NCBI GenBank assembly: GCA_965113315.1
Contig: OZ220364.1
DNA: 64,000 nt
Origin: Podarcis vaucheri
Taxonomy: Eukaryota
Strand: one strand, 5' to 3'
Shown here: positions 28,091 to 40,542 of the stretch, one piece after another
Numbering within the stretch: the stretch's first letter is position 1
Layout of the letters: each line of letters begins with the position of its first letter
Position numbers and translations under genes: made by a program
Notes under the pieces: model-generated
Told to the model about the DNA's origin: nothing
The model's database searches: none
Seen by the model: only the letters and a program-made list of their open reading frames with translations

Positions 28091-28212
28091 GAAGTGCAAG
28101 AAACGTATACAGAATCTGCTTGGACCATGGGATTTGGAAAAAAGTTGAAAACTCCACTGTGGTCTGGGATAACCGCACTGAATGTTCTGGGGACAGCCAC
28201 TACGAGAGAAAA
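28091..28212 (+). CDS. GLP2R: GLP2R exon 4 (GSARNVYRICLDHGIWKKVENSTVVWDNRTECSGDSHYERK)
   Basis: YRxCxxxGxW...WxxxxEC motif; tttag acceptor, gtgagt donor. Confidence 0.93.
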
Positions 28213-28787
28213 GTGAGTAGAGATGCCTTTTATGGTTTAATACAGTAACCTGCTTAATCCCCTCTGGAAATCCTCTTGATCAAATTGTTTCCACTGAGTA
28301 CTTCACCTGAAAATGGGTAGTCTGTGTGTTTATTTAGAAGAGAGAATTGGGTCAACTCAGGCTGGATGCTTAGGTTGAGCACATTCTTCCCCCCAACGTT
28401 TCTTGGATTTCTGACTGCAGAGCTGGTTCCAAAAGATATGAGGAGAATGAGTCAAGCCATTAGAAGAGAGAGGCACTATATAAATATAATGAGCAATCAT
28501 TTTCACTTTCACCTTTTCTTCCATATGGTACATACAAATTCATATGGGAATCTGCACCTATGACTATTCCAGCCACATAAAACTACTCTGAGATGTAATG
28601 AACTCTCATGAGGAATTTAGCTTTTTTTAAACACACACACTTTCCACCTACTAGTTACATATGGATAGGAGTTACATGCACATAATATGGAACTCTGCAA
28701 AACAATGAGTATAACCTTTAATCTAGGTCGCAGATAGAGTACATCTGGGACATTTCCCAAAATGATTCACAGAATGTAAGTGTGGAA

Positions 28788-29410
28788 TGTGGGATGTAAT
28801 CCACTGGGAGCAGTCAAATATAACATTCCTTGTTTTCCTAGAGTAGACATGCAAGGGGATGTTGGTCCAGCCAGTCAAACTTCCTGTTACACCTGGCTGG
28901 AGCATCCTTCCTTGCATGTGACTAGTGGGTGGGCTTGACCTTTCCAGACCTGGTAAAAGGCCAAGGCATGCTGCTACCCTCCCTCTTTTCCATCTTCCTT
29001 TCATCCTGCGATCTTCCTGGACTGAGCTGCTGGCTGCCAGCCAAGCAGTCCTCCAGATCATCTCCCTTATGGGGCAAACCTGTTTGTATATGTTTGTAAC
29101 TTTAAGCCTAAAGCCTGCCTTCAGGGATCACACTGATCGTAAGTAAAACTACTTTTTGTTACTTATGAATAAGACTGTGGTGTCTTTATTCCTTTAGGAG
29201 GGATTTAAAAGGGGATCTTACCAGCAATATACAATTCAATCTGAGGCAGATTGAATTGCATAATAGTAAGAGGTTCTAACAAGGCTGCAACCAGCTTTCT
29301 GCTGTAAGAAGGGGAATGTAAACTCTGCTAAGTAAAAAACTTGCTAACACAAGTTAGGAAGGATATTAATAAACAATATATCCTCTCCTGCCACCCTCAA
29401 CATTCCCACA
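28788..29410 (+). mobile_element. Solo LTR (623 bp), Gypsy/ERV-type
   Basis: TG...CA ends with inverted termini TGTGGGATGT/ACATTCCCACA, 5-bp TSD TGGAA (28783-28787, 29411-29415), TATA-like GGTAAAAG near 28952 and AGTAAA near 29142. Confidence 0.85.
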
Positions 29411-30290
29411 TGGAAGTCCATCCAGGAGGAGGGAAAACAAAATAGGCAGATCATCTCTCTCTCTCTCTCTCTTTCCTGGCTGTACAAGCAGAATGCACTT
29501 CCATATGTACAAGGGAAGGGGAATTTCCTTTCACTGGCAGCACCTTAAGGTGTGGTGCTCTGGATGGCCTCTCTGGTCCTGGGAATTTTGAGGGAATGGG
29601 GACTACCACTGGAGACTATCAAGCCTACCATACCTAGGTACCTTTGTAAGCTTACAAAGACAGCATAAAGGAGATCATAATTTTGTCATATTGGTTGGCC
29701 TCAGCATCAGGTAACCAGAGGTTCCATTTAAGTAATGACTAATAATAGGTCGGCACAAATGTCTGATAAACACGTCTGGTTTCCAAAACAGTGAGGGCTT
29801 GTAGGAATGTTTAGAAAGATAGGAGAGGATATGTTAATTAGGTATGAATCAAAGCAAACAGCAATCCATGGAAAGCCCAATTGCCGATTGGTTCTGATTC
29901 AGCAGTAAAATGCAGGTTTTCCTGGGGAAAGCACCAAGACAAACAAAAAACAAAAAAAACCACACCATGCTTAGACACAGAGCTTTAAAGCCTGGACCTG
30001 TGCCTAAAAACATGGCACAAAATGAAGTCTGAATGAGCCCTGAGTTATGTGCTAGAGTGATCTTCTGCAGATGAGATGAGAAACCTGTAGTCCTCCAGAT
30101 GTTTTTGAATTACAACGCCCATCATCCCTGGCCACTGACCATATGACTGGGGCTGATGGAAGTTGATGTCCAACGAAATTTGGAGGACCACAAATTTCTC
30201 ATTGCTGTTCTACAGAATTTTCTCTCCTGGCATGATCTCTTTCCCAGACTTTACATAAATTTAACTCCTTTGCTTCTCTGTTGTTCTTAG

Positions 30291-30397
30291 GATGAAGAAC
30301 AAACATTGTGGATCTCCACCCTGTACATTTATACTGTGGGATATACTTTTTCTCTTGTTTCCCTTGTCTTAGCACTTTTCATACTGATGTTGCTCAG
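30291..30397 (+). CDS. GLP2R: GLP2R exon 5 (TM1; DEEQTLWISTLYIYTVGYTFSLVSLVLALFILMLLR)
   Basis: YTVGYxxSLxSL motif; canonical sites. Confidence 0.94.
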
Positions 30398-31633
30398 GTC
30401 AGTATAATCTATCTTTCAGTAAAACATGGTGTTCTGGAATTACCCAGTGGTACATTTTCCAATTGCCAGGAGCTGGGATTTGGACCTGGGTTTGCATTAT
30501 AATCTAACGTTAAATGATGGCTGGTGTCATCCTGGACAAAGTAAGAGAAACTTGCTTCTTCCCAGATCAATCAAAGGATCTGCTCACCTAATAATAATGC
30601 CGAAGTTGCCCTGGTCATACCACACCTATGAGACCATGAAATCTGTACAGTTTTAATTGCATTGTGTATCATGGCAGCTGAGAGGGATAGAGTGGTGATC
30701 AGATATTATCAGTGGGCCACCTGTTACCTGAGCATTATAAAAGAAGGCAAAAGATTGCATAATGTAAGTAGGCCCTTGTGCAAGGAATAAACTAGATGTT
30801 GACTAACAAGCTTCCAAATCTAATGTTTCCTTCGCAAAAGTATTGCAACAAATGTGCAACACCCACAGGAGAAATAAATTAATTGGACATGGTTCCTATT
30901 AATGCTTGCCTGCCTACTGATTCTCCCCTGAAAATGTTCACACAAGCAGTTTCTAAGCCTCCCCAGCGAAGCAGTTGTGCTCCAAAACTGGCGATGAACC
31001 CAGCTAGCGTGGAAATGGCAGAGGTGGGTGGGAATCTTTGTAGCCAGCATGAGTTAAGCATCCCCCTTCTGCTGATCTTCTCCTGTAAGTGTTCCACTAG
31101 TCTCAGCACTCCCATTCTTAGCAAATTATTGACTGGGATGAGAGATGTAGTTCCACCCTAAGTAGTGTTTGTCTTTTTCTGCTGCAACATGAGGCCATCT
31201 AATAGCAATGGCAGCAGTGAGGTCCTCTTGCTCATCAGCCCTATAGGGCACACAAATTTTTTTATTTAGGAGCAAGCATCCCCAGCTGTCCAGTTCTCTG
31301 CAGAGAGTATATGTTGTAAACCACACAATACCACACCAACTTTGCCACTGCCTCTTTTCCTTTCTTGCTTCACAGAAAATGAGCAACAGAGATGGGAGCC
31401 CCTATACTCTTGGTTGTCAGGTGTGCTCAGCCCAGTGTAGGATAAGAGACAGAAATTATGCTACTGGAACAACATGCAGGCCTAGCTGATCCAAGTGTCC
31501 TTAGCACCCATAGCCGCTAAGTCCCCACTAGGAAGGAAGAACATTTACAGCAGGGCAAGAACATGCTGTTATTCAGATCAGAATAAAACCAACTTCAGTG
31601 GATTCCTAAGAGGATGCTTCTCTTCTTCCACAG

Positions 31634-31808
31634 GAAACTGCACTGCACAAGGAACTACATCCATATGAATCTGTTCATTGCGTTCATCTTGCGAGCTGCA
31701 GGAGTTCTCATCAAAGACAGAACAACCCACAGCACTTATGTATTTCTTTATGTGGACTCTGAAAAGCCAAGTGATCTAAATGGATGGATATCATTCTCAA
31801 GTCCAGAG
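31634..31808 (+). CDS. GLP2R: GLP2R exon 6 (ICL1-TM2-ECL1)
   Basis: [21 protein letters not shown]...[10 protein letters not shown]; cacag acceptor, gtatgg donor. Confidence 0.95.
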
Positions 31809-32815
31809 GTATGGCATTGTTAAAAGCAAGTGGGTGGAAGAAAGAGCATCTAATGATACCTGGAGTTTCTATGTGTTCATGGCTGAATTCTGTAGCTGCA
31901 AAGCTTGCTAGAAAACTGTTGTTGATTGAACTCATTCAAAGCGTTGCATTCCATGCTGAGCATCCTTTGCTAGCAAGTTTCAAGCTCTGCATACTTTCTT
32001 TTGTTCGCTGGTAACTGGCACACAAGTATGAAAATAGCTAGAAAAATTCCTTCGTTTATTTATTTATTTATTCATAAAGCTTATAGACTGATTATTATTT
32101 TTACAAAAAAACCTAAAGTGGTATGCCAGTTAAAAACCAGATAAAACAAGACATCTAAAAACAAGGTAAATGGGAAGTTAAAACAACTGGAGGAACAAAA
32201 GATGGATATGTCCGGAAGATTTACACAGGTGTATGCTGTCTTCCTCAGATGGCCTGCAGCCAGCACATACCACTCACAATACAGATGCATTTAAGGCATA
32301 ATTATACCACTTTGACAGCCATGGATTGCAGGTAGTTTTTAGGAGAGCCCTTTATGCTCCTCGCAGAGCTACAATTGCTAGAGTAGTTTAACAATCAAGC
32401 CTTCTTCCCATAGAATTCTGAGAACTTTGAGATTGTACTTTGGCTAATTTGACCCTGTTGGACTCTTGGGCCTTTGCATTGCTAATGCAGCAGAGACCAA
32501 GTTAGCAGCTTGTTTCGTTTGAAGGCTAGCTTGGCAGTGCAGAAGGAAGGTATCTGGGCCCTGCTGCTAGTGTCCTCCATTTGAGAACCACCCAGCCACA
32601 GAGCTTTGTAGTCATTAACATTTAACAAAACTGCTTTAGAAGAATAGGGCTTTTCAAATATTCATTTTGACTAACAAGTATCTGACTTGCTTAACAAAAA
32701 TTCCACATATCTATATGTACCAAGCTGTATTTTGATAATTGGTAGTACCAAGTTTTAATTTGCTGTTGACGGTTGTTCAATATTAACTTTTCTTCTCACT
32801 ATCTCATTTCCACAG

Positions 32816-32975
32816 AAGTTGTTCCTATGCAGGATGGCTCAGCTTTTGATGCATTATGTTGTTGGGGCAAACTTCTTCTGGATTTTAGTGGAAGGGATTT
32901 ACCTCCATAGATTATTGGTAGCCACTGTGCTCTCTGAGAAACATCTGCTGTTGAGATACATCTTCATTGGATGGG
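32816..32975 (+). CDS. GLP2R: GLP2R exon 7 (TM3-ICL2-TM4 start)
   Basis: CRMAQLLMHYVVGANFFWILVEGIYLH...IGWG; 160 nt; CAG AAG tandem acceptor. Confidence 0.95.
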
Positions 32976-33502
32976 GTAAATATACAGATTTTTCCCCGCA
33001 GCAGCGCTTGTTTCAGGATTGGTTAGCATCAATCTAAAACCCATGTCATCAAGGCAGCTGCAGCCACAAAGACCATGTCTATATTGAAGATAAGCCACCC
33101 CTCTCTATGTCACAACTGCCCTAGGCTACCTTGGGAGGAAAGGCAAAATATAAATGTACAATAAACTGAATAAATAATAATCGCCATCTGAGAAATGATC
33201 CAAACCCTGCCCTTCATTTTGACGTCAGATTATTATAAGTATACTCTTCTTTTAACTTTGTTGCTGCTTTTATCTGCTCAGAGACTGTCCTTGGATAAAG
33301 AGGGTTACAAAAATGTATGACTGGATCAACAAGAGAAAAAAGTTGCTGTGATCAATAGCCTTTGCCTTGTACACAAATTAGTAATATTCCCTCCCATCCC
33401 TATATTCCAGCTCCTCCATTATTATTTAGTCCACAAGCACAAGAACTGTTACATATTGCCCATTGCGAAGTCACATTGTCCCTGCATCTCAATTTTTCCC
33501 AG

Positions 33503-33563
33503 GTTTTCCAGTTCTGTTTGTGGCTTCCTGGGGAATAACAAAATACCAACTGGAGTATGAGGG
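33503..33563 (+). CDS. GLP2R: GLP2R exon 8 (GFPVLFVASWGITKYQLEYEG)
   Basis: 61 nt, phases fit, cccag acceptor, gtaagt donor. Confidence 0.92.
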
Positions 33564-34414
33564 GTAAGTGACTGTTTCCAAATGCTCCTCTGGCTTGGTT
33601 TGTTGCTTCAGTTTCTGCCAAGACAATGGAAGGCATGGCCTGCTGGTTTAAACAAAGGTCTTTGGATGGATACAGACAAACATTTTGCTCTGTGGTGGTC
33701 ATTTGTAAACAGGCTGTGGAGATGGTGATCTAAAGTATATAGCCAGATAGTGATGGTGACTTTGCTAAAACACATACACACACCCAAGCACCACCAGTTT
33801 CTGATTTTCTAATCCCCCTATTATTGATGTTTATGTGGACATAGTAAGATCAGTCTTGTGAATGGTATAGGAAAGCTTAGCTGATGTGGGCCTGATCATG
33901 GCTTGAACAAGAGGCCACTGAGAACTTAATACAAGCTGCTCTGAGCTTTTGAAAGAAAGAGTGGGATGTAAGTATAATTAATAAATAGACCTCATGCTAT
34001 ATCCTGTTGGTCCCTAATGCTAAACCAAAGGAATTAAATGAAGTTAACCTGGCGTTTAGATGCACCTAGTGGAACACAAATGAGTCATCATCATTTGCTT
34101 CCATAGGTATCAGTTGCTTAAGCCTCCATTAGCAAGCTCATTATAAAAATAAGAAATTGCATTACAACCCACTACAGCCACAACCATTAGAATAATGGTT
34201 TTGTGTTATGGGAAAATGCATGCCTTGGGATTACTTGTTTAGGAATGGATTATTGTTTACAGTTGATTTTGAAAAATGTAATCTTGATGAGTAATCTGAT
34301 TATTCCTCTTGGCAAAAAATAGCAGCCAGGTCCTATCCAAATCTATTTAAAAATAATGTGGCTTGCCATTTGTGCTTATGTGAGCTGACAGAATAATTTT
34401 GACTTACTCCCTAG

Positions 34415-34484
34415 ATGCTGGGCAACACATCACAACATGGCATTCTGGTGGATCATTCGCGGGCCCATTTTGTTTTCCATTGTT
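34415..34484 (+). CDS. GLP2R: GLP2R exon 9 (CWATHHNMAFWWIIRGPILFSIV)
   Basis: CW...WWIIRGP motif, 70 nt. Confidence 0.95.
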
Positions 34485-35003
34485 GTAAGCATCATGGCAT
34501 AAATTTGATTAATTCTTTATACAGTTGTGGTGGTATGTTTCTGTTACATTATTTGCAAGGGGAAACATCTCCTGGTGCACAGCAGGGTGAGACTGACTTG
34601 ACCCTTTCCATGATTTGTGTCTCTCTGTATTTTACAAAATAAGGACTAAGCCTAAATAATTTAAAGCTAGGATTGATTGAACAAAAATGGCTGCGGAAGG
34701 CATAAGGCAGGACAGGGACTAAAGGTGGGGGAGAAGTTTGCATTAAACTGTGAACTGACTGAATCTGCACTTCCTGAAGCAATCCTTGGACTGAAATCAG
34801 CTTCAAAATTCAGAAGATCAGAAAAATGAAAACCAGAGAGTGTCCCAGAGAAGGATATGAGCAAGATAGTCTTGGGAACATGAACAGGCAAATGCTTTTG
34901 CATTTATATTTTAAAAAGAGAGATCACATGCTATGATACCCATTCAAATACATGAGAGCATGTAAACATGTATGCAGGTGCTATGTGTGTGTGATACATA
35001 AGA

Positions 35004-35839
35004 CAGTGTTTCCCAACCTTTTTTGGGCAAAGGCACACTTGTTTCATGAAAAAAATCTCGAGGCACACCACCATGCCAGATGGGGAAAGGTCACTTTTTA
35101 CTTATGTAAAAAAAAATAAAAAAATAGTAACAGCATAGAAGGTAATGGTTAGGCTAGCATCCCTCTTCCAAATATGCTAGGTTTTTGTTTGCAGGGACTG
35201 TTCTACATAGGAAAGCATTCAGCACTGTCATTCTCCCATCTGCCATCTGAATTGGTACTATTCTGGGTCAACTTACTCTGCTGCATGTGTAGATGAAAAT
35301 GGCACCAAGTGTGGGGGAGGGGGCAGAACAGGTTTCAGATACAGGATATTAAGCATACACGTACTTCAGATTGAACTGGTTGCTTGCTTTGCAAGTTTTC
35401 ATTTCCCAAATGACTGCCTTGGCAAGCGCAATACCTACCAGGCTCAACGCCGGTCTCGCGCTGCCGCTTCCCGCGCTCTCAAGGACCCGGGAGGAGGAAG
35501 GCGTGAAGGGAATCCCGAAGGCGCGAAAACCTCGCACATGCGCAGGCCTTCCGCCTGCGACAGCCCAGTAGGACGGCCGAAGCGAGCGGCGATGGGATGT
35601 GGGAGGGAGCTCGCTCGCCGCCCCGCGTGTGCCTATGTGGGGCACGTTACAGCCCCGTGACGTCAGTGCCACGCAGGCAGCCAGGCAGGCAGACGGCGAG
35701 AGCCCCGCGCTGGGCGGCCTCTCCTCGCCGCCGCCGCCCCGCCTCTCACCGCCCGACTCGCCCGCCTCCCTCCCACGGCACACCAGGCAACGTCTCGTGG
35801 CACACTAGTGTGCCGCGGAACACCGGTTGGGAAACACTG
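35004..35839. mobile_element. Non-autonomous hAT element (836 bp) with CpG-rich interior
   Basis: Perfect 15-bp TIR CAGTGTTTCCCAACC/GGTTGGGAAACACTG, perfect 8-bp TSD ACATAAGA (34996-35003, 35840-35847), subterminal GGCACAC repeats. Confidence 0.95.
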
Positions 35840-36253
35840 ACATAAGATATTGGCAAGGGTACTTGTCCTTGGTGTTCTTTTCCATCTGCTACTGATGCTC
35901 CCTGTTCCAGCAACCATTAATAAAGATCAAAAGTATCTTGGATCAAAAGGCTGACCTAAAGAAAGGGGTGGGGACAGAATGAGATAAGAGAAATGGCAGG
36001 AAAAATTGTGTAAATGTGATGGGTAGAAAATCTCTAGAAACAATGTCTTCACACATTCAGAGGCTCCAATACTAAACACATTTACCTGAGAGTAAACTCA
36101 ACTGAATTCAATAGGAATTACTTCTGAGTAAACACGGTTATGATTGTGCTGTGAATTGTTGCTTGTGGTTAACTTCGTGTGATTGCCCCGCTGCTAGCCA
36201 AATAATGTTCATTGCATTTACTGAAACTAACCAAGAGGTGTGTTTCTTTGAAG

Positions 36254-36342
36254 GTTAACTTCTGCATCTTTCTAAAAATTGTGAAGCTGCTACTTTCCAA
36301 ACTTAAAGCCCAGCAAATGAGCTTTCGTGATTATAAATTCAG
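36254..36342 (+). CDS. GLP2R: GLP2R exon 10 (VNFCIFLKIVKLLLSKLKAQQMSFRDYKFR)
   Basis: TM5-ICL3 motif, 89 nt. Confidence 0.95.
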
Positions 36343-37661
36343 GTAAATATTACATTCTCAGATTTGTACTTATCTACTTAGTCTTCCACAGTACTTTTTA
36401 AACTGAAAGAAGAATCCACTGATTATGTTACAGTTCACTCTACACAATAATTTCCTACACGTCTATTTTGTTACATGTGCTGGAGAGAGAGAGAGGTTTG
36501 GACGAGATTCTAACTATCTTGGCAGAGTTGCACAATGGCTGATTGCACCAGGCACTTTTATGCTTGGTTACATCTTACCATGGGCAGCCTCACCCACCTT
36601 TAAACAAGCATTCACCATGAACATACCTAGGCTAGAATATATCACAGTCATGTGTTTTTTGCACATGTGAATGTTTTACTTACAAAGTTTCAATAGTAGT
36701 TAGAGAGCATGTGTCTATTGTTATGAGTTGGGAGGCAGCCCCTTCATAATCTCTACAATCAGTGAAGGGTTAGAATTTGAGAAAACTCATCAATTCATTA
36801 CTTTAGCAAGGGCTGGAAACGATACCAACTAGCTTTCTTATGAGCCCAGCCTGGCAGTGGCTTGCTGGGGTTGGTCACTGAAGAAACAAAAGGCTGATAA
36901 GCGCCTAGTTTGTTTAATAATGGTAAACTCACTAAGACAATAAATCTGTGTCTGGGCTGTACCACTTCAGGTGAATTGTCATCTCCAAAACAACTGCAAC
37001 ATACTTATGCCCATAAAATTAATATGTCAGGGAGAAGGTGAAAAGGTTAAGGCTAATGACACCTTAAAGACTAGCAAGTTAGTTTACTATGACATAAGAT
37101 TTTATGAATAACAATCTGCTTCTTCAGAAGAATGAAGTGTTATCCTGAGTTACAGGTACTTATCTACATGTTTGGAGGGCAGGGGCTGTAAGCAGTAAAG
37201 TCAGAAGGAAGTGAAATTCGGCAAAGTACAGTCTATCATAGTTAGTGGTAATACATAGTACAGTTAAAAAGCCTTTGTTCCAATTCAGTCCACAAGTGAC
37301 ATTGAGCTTCTTGATAAAATTGTAATTCAACAATTTCATGTTGCTGGAGGTTTGACTAAAATCCTTAAATATATCCTTAATCACAGGGGTGGGGGAACTG
37401 GCCTTCCACATGTTTTTTTTTCCATAATCCCTGACAATTGACCATACTGGCTGGGATTGATGGCAGACAAACAACATTGGTAGGACCACAGATTCACCAC
37501 CCCTGCATTAATATATCAATATCTATGTATGAGGTTTGATCATTCTGATGCTAGCACCAAACAAATGGAGGTGAGTGGAGAATATCATGATTCCATTGAG
37601 ATTTCTTGATGCAGTTTATCTCTAGGATTGAATTCATTCTTATGGTTATTTGTATTTTTAG

Positions 37662-37800
37662 ACTGGCAAGATCAACCCTTGTGTTAATACCATTGCTTGG
37701 GATTCATGAGATTGTTTTTAACTTCATTGTGGATGAAAGAATTGATGGTCTTTCCAGGCACATAAAAGTCTTCATTCAGCTGACCCTGGGCTCCTTCCAA
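37662..37800 (+). CDS. GLP2R: GLP2R exon 11 (TM6-ECL3-TM7)
   Basis: [16 protein letters not shown]...IQLTLGSFQ, 139 nt. Confidence 0.95.
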
Positions 37801-39122
37801 GTAAGTTCTTGTGCTGGAAGGGGCATTATTTATTACCACTAATTAATAAACAAAGGGCATTAATGAATATATATGATGAAAAGAAAAGAAATAATAATCT
37901 TCATACTAAAACCATAGATAGAGCAGAGAGCAAAAAATCTTCAAAGAAAAAGACAACATAGGGTTGAATATTGCAACTATTATAATATAATGCTTATTTA
38001 CCTGAGAAAGTTCCAAATTGCTTGCGTATAACTTTTAGACATCTAGAGTCACATCAGTAAACCATGGTTGCTGGACATATTAGCAAATGAGGGAGGGAGG
38101 GAGCACTCTTTGACAAATGGTTCTTAAGAAGACCTCTGTGGAAAATGTTCTTGAATATAAATAGCTGGTAAGGGTTTGCAAACAAATGCTGGAAAATTCG
38201 GGGAACAGACTATGTAATTCGATGAGTTAGCTGAGGAAATTCAGGAAACAACTTTCAGAATAGCAAGTATTAGAAATTAAAAATGATCATCACTCTTAAG
38301 ACATGTGGTATACCATATTCTGTACTATTCTACAAATGCAATAAAGAACTTTGCAGCTAGTTCATTAACTATTAAATACAAATTCAGATTTGCTTGGGGA
38401 TTTGTTGGTCCCAAATAATGAGATATTTGGACTAAGTAAAGAGTTGCCATTAGGTCCGTTTTTTTAAATGGGAAATTATGCAGTGTCTTTCAATCTTCAT
38501 ATATAAATCTGAGGAGAAATGCTTTGAGTCTTAGATGTCCTTAAATTCTTGCCAGCAGGAACCAGGTGCAAGAAGTCAGATGTATATCAGTCCAATATGC
38601 ATGTTTCTTGCATTACTACTTTTTTAGCATGTCAATACTAAGTGGGGTTGGGGAGTCAGCTACTGAGCTTTTGGGAAACTGGCTAAATTTGATACTACTC
38701 TTACAAGGTCTCACAATCACATCCTTGGGAGGGTTAAGTTCACAAGCTATACGTGTAATTTTGCCCTAAACTTCAGTTGCAATATTTCCTGCACAACCTA
38801 ATGCGAAATGCACAGATTAGGTCAAAGTGATATATTTCATGGTTTAAAATTGCAAGCCTGACATTTCCTCAAGCAAAATTGTTCTAAGCAAAATAAAACA
38901 GAGTTTTGGGTACTGGTGCCTTGTCACATGATGCCTGAGAGATAAAGGTGATTTTTGAGCAAGGGGAAGTTAGTTGTGTTAATGTTCAATTTAGCAGCAT
39001 GATGACTCAGGTTTCAGGTGTTTTCTAGGAACAATATTCTGTGATTGCATAAGCTTGTAGTTGAATTGTACCTTGGCAAATTTCATCCAGATCTAATTTA
39101 CCTTCTCTCTTTTCCCTTCCAG

Positions 39123-39164
39123 GGTTTCTTTGTAGCTCTTTTATACTGTTTTTCTAATGGAGAG
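39123..39164 (+). CDS. GLP2R: GLP2R exon 12 (GFFVALLYCFSNGE)
   Basis: Canonical 42-nt class B TM7 mini-exon. Confidence 0.95.
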
Positions 39165-39798
39165 GTAAAATATCCTCCTTGACCTTCATTTCTAACCACT
39201 TGTTTCTCTTGGAAGATGTTGCAGAACAGACTGACTGGTGCAGCTTGCACTTAGTCCTGTATGGCATTATTGGTGGTCACCTGGCATTTTATATCAGTTA
39301 GTATATATTGAAGAGTTATTCAGTTTCCATTGTGTTCCTTGCAGTAGTTGGAGATATCAAGCAGGGAACACGACCCCTTTCAGCCTGCTCCTTGAAACAG
39401 CAGTATAGGGTACCTACTTGTAAACAGATCGACTTGCAATAAGCTGCCCATGCATGCCAAGCAAAAGGCCAGGATGCTACCCTTGTGCCTCTAATTATGA
39501 GGAGGGGTACCAACCAGTCCTGATGTGCAACAGATTGGAGTAGAGCTGAGCCCAAAATGAAGGGGGAACACTCCATTACATGAAGGTTTTCATTTTCCAG
39601 GAAGTGTTCTCCTCCCCTTTCCACTGAGGGCAGGGAGCAGAAACTGGTAGGAAGAAAGGATAGCAGAAAGATATGTGGAGTACAGGAGGCAGAAGCATAG
39701 AGTGATATTCGCAATAATCAGCTGCTGCACTGTAAAAAACATGCTGAAGTCATTTAAATAGCAACTATTCGTAAGTATCTGTGTACGCTGTCCAAGTA

Positions 39799-40033
39799 CA
39801 GTGGTACCTCTGGTTACGTACTTAATTCGTTCCAGAGGTCCGTTCTTAACCTGAAACTGTTCTTAACCTGAAGCACCACTTATCTAATGGGGCCTGCCGC
39901 TGCACCGCCACTGCACGATTTCTGTTCTCATCCTGAAGCAAAGTACTTAACCCGAGGTACTATTTCTGGGTTAGCGGAGTCTGTAACCTGAAGCGTATGT
40001 AACCTGAAGTGTATGTAACCCGAGGTACCACTG
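39799..40033. mobile_element. Second copy of the same Tc1/mariner-type MITE (GLP2R intron 12)
   Basis: Same TIR, TA TSD, internal TAACCTGAAG repeats. Confidence 0.92.
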
Positions 40034-40542
40034 TATTGTGATAACATCAGTGAGAAATCTGCTCTCTGTGTAAAATGCACACAGGGTTCTGTGTGAACAT
40101 ATTGGGACAGTAAGGGGGAAAGGTGTAAAGTAGATCAGGACCTCTTGAAAGGGGCATTAGGAGCAGGTGTACTGTGCTAAACACTGCAGAGAGGCCTAAG
40201 ATTGTACTTTGTGCTGCAGGTATCAGAGTATATTTTACTTGTAATTACTCGAGCAGTCAGGACTTCTGCCTGTTGCGTAGGTGTGGGGAATGAACTTTAA
40301 CTTCCACCATCCCTGGCCATTGGCCATGCTTGCTTGGGCTGTTGCTGGTTGGAGTTCTGTAATACCTGGAGGCCCAAAGATTCCCTGCTCTTGCTGTAGG
40401 GTAACCTAGCCACAGCATACCTGAACTAAGAAGTTCCAGGCTTATCTGAAAGGACAGAAGCCCTAGGACGGGTCAATGAAGCATCTATACTACATCCTGC
40501 AATCCATCTCAACTGCTCTGTTTGCTTTCCTTCCTTTTCCAG

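Noticed and set aside
35349-35917. ORFs of 66-144 aa inside the hAT element
   Set aside because: Low-complexity GC-rich frames with no transposase or other domain motif.
39799-40033. CRISPR-like spaced repeats (TAACCTGAAG)
   Set aside because: Internal repeats of a eukaryotic MITE; no regular repeat-spacer array or cas genes.
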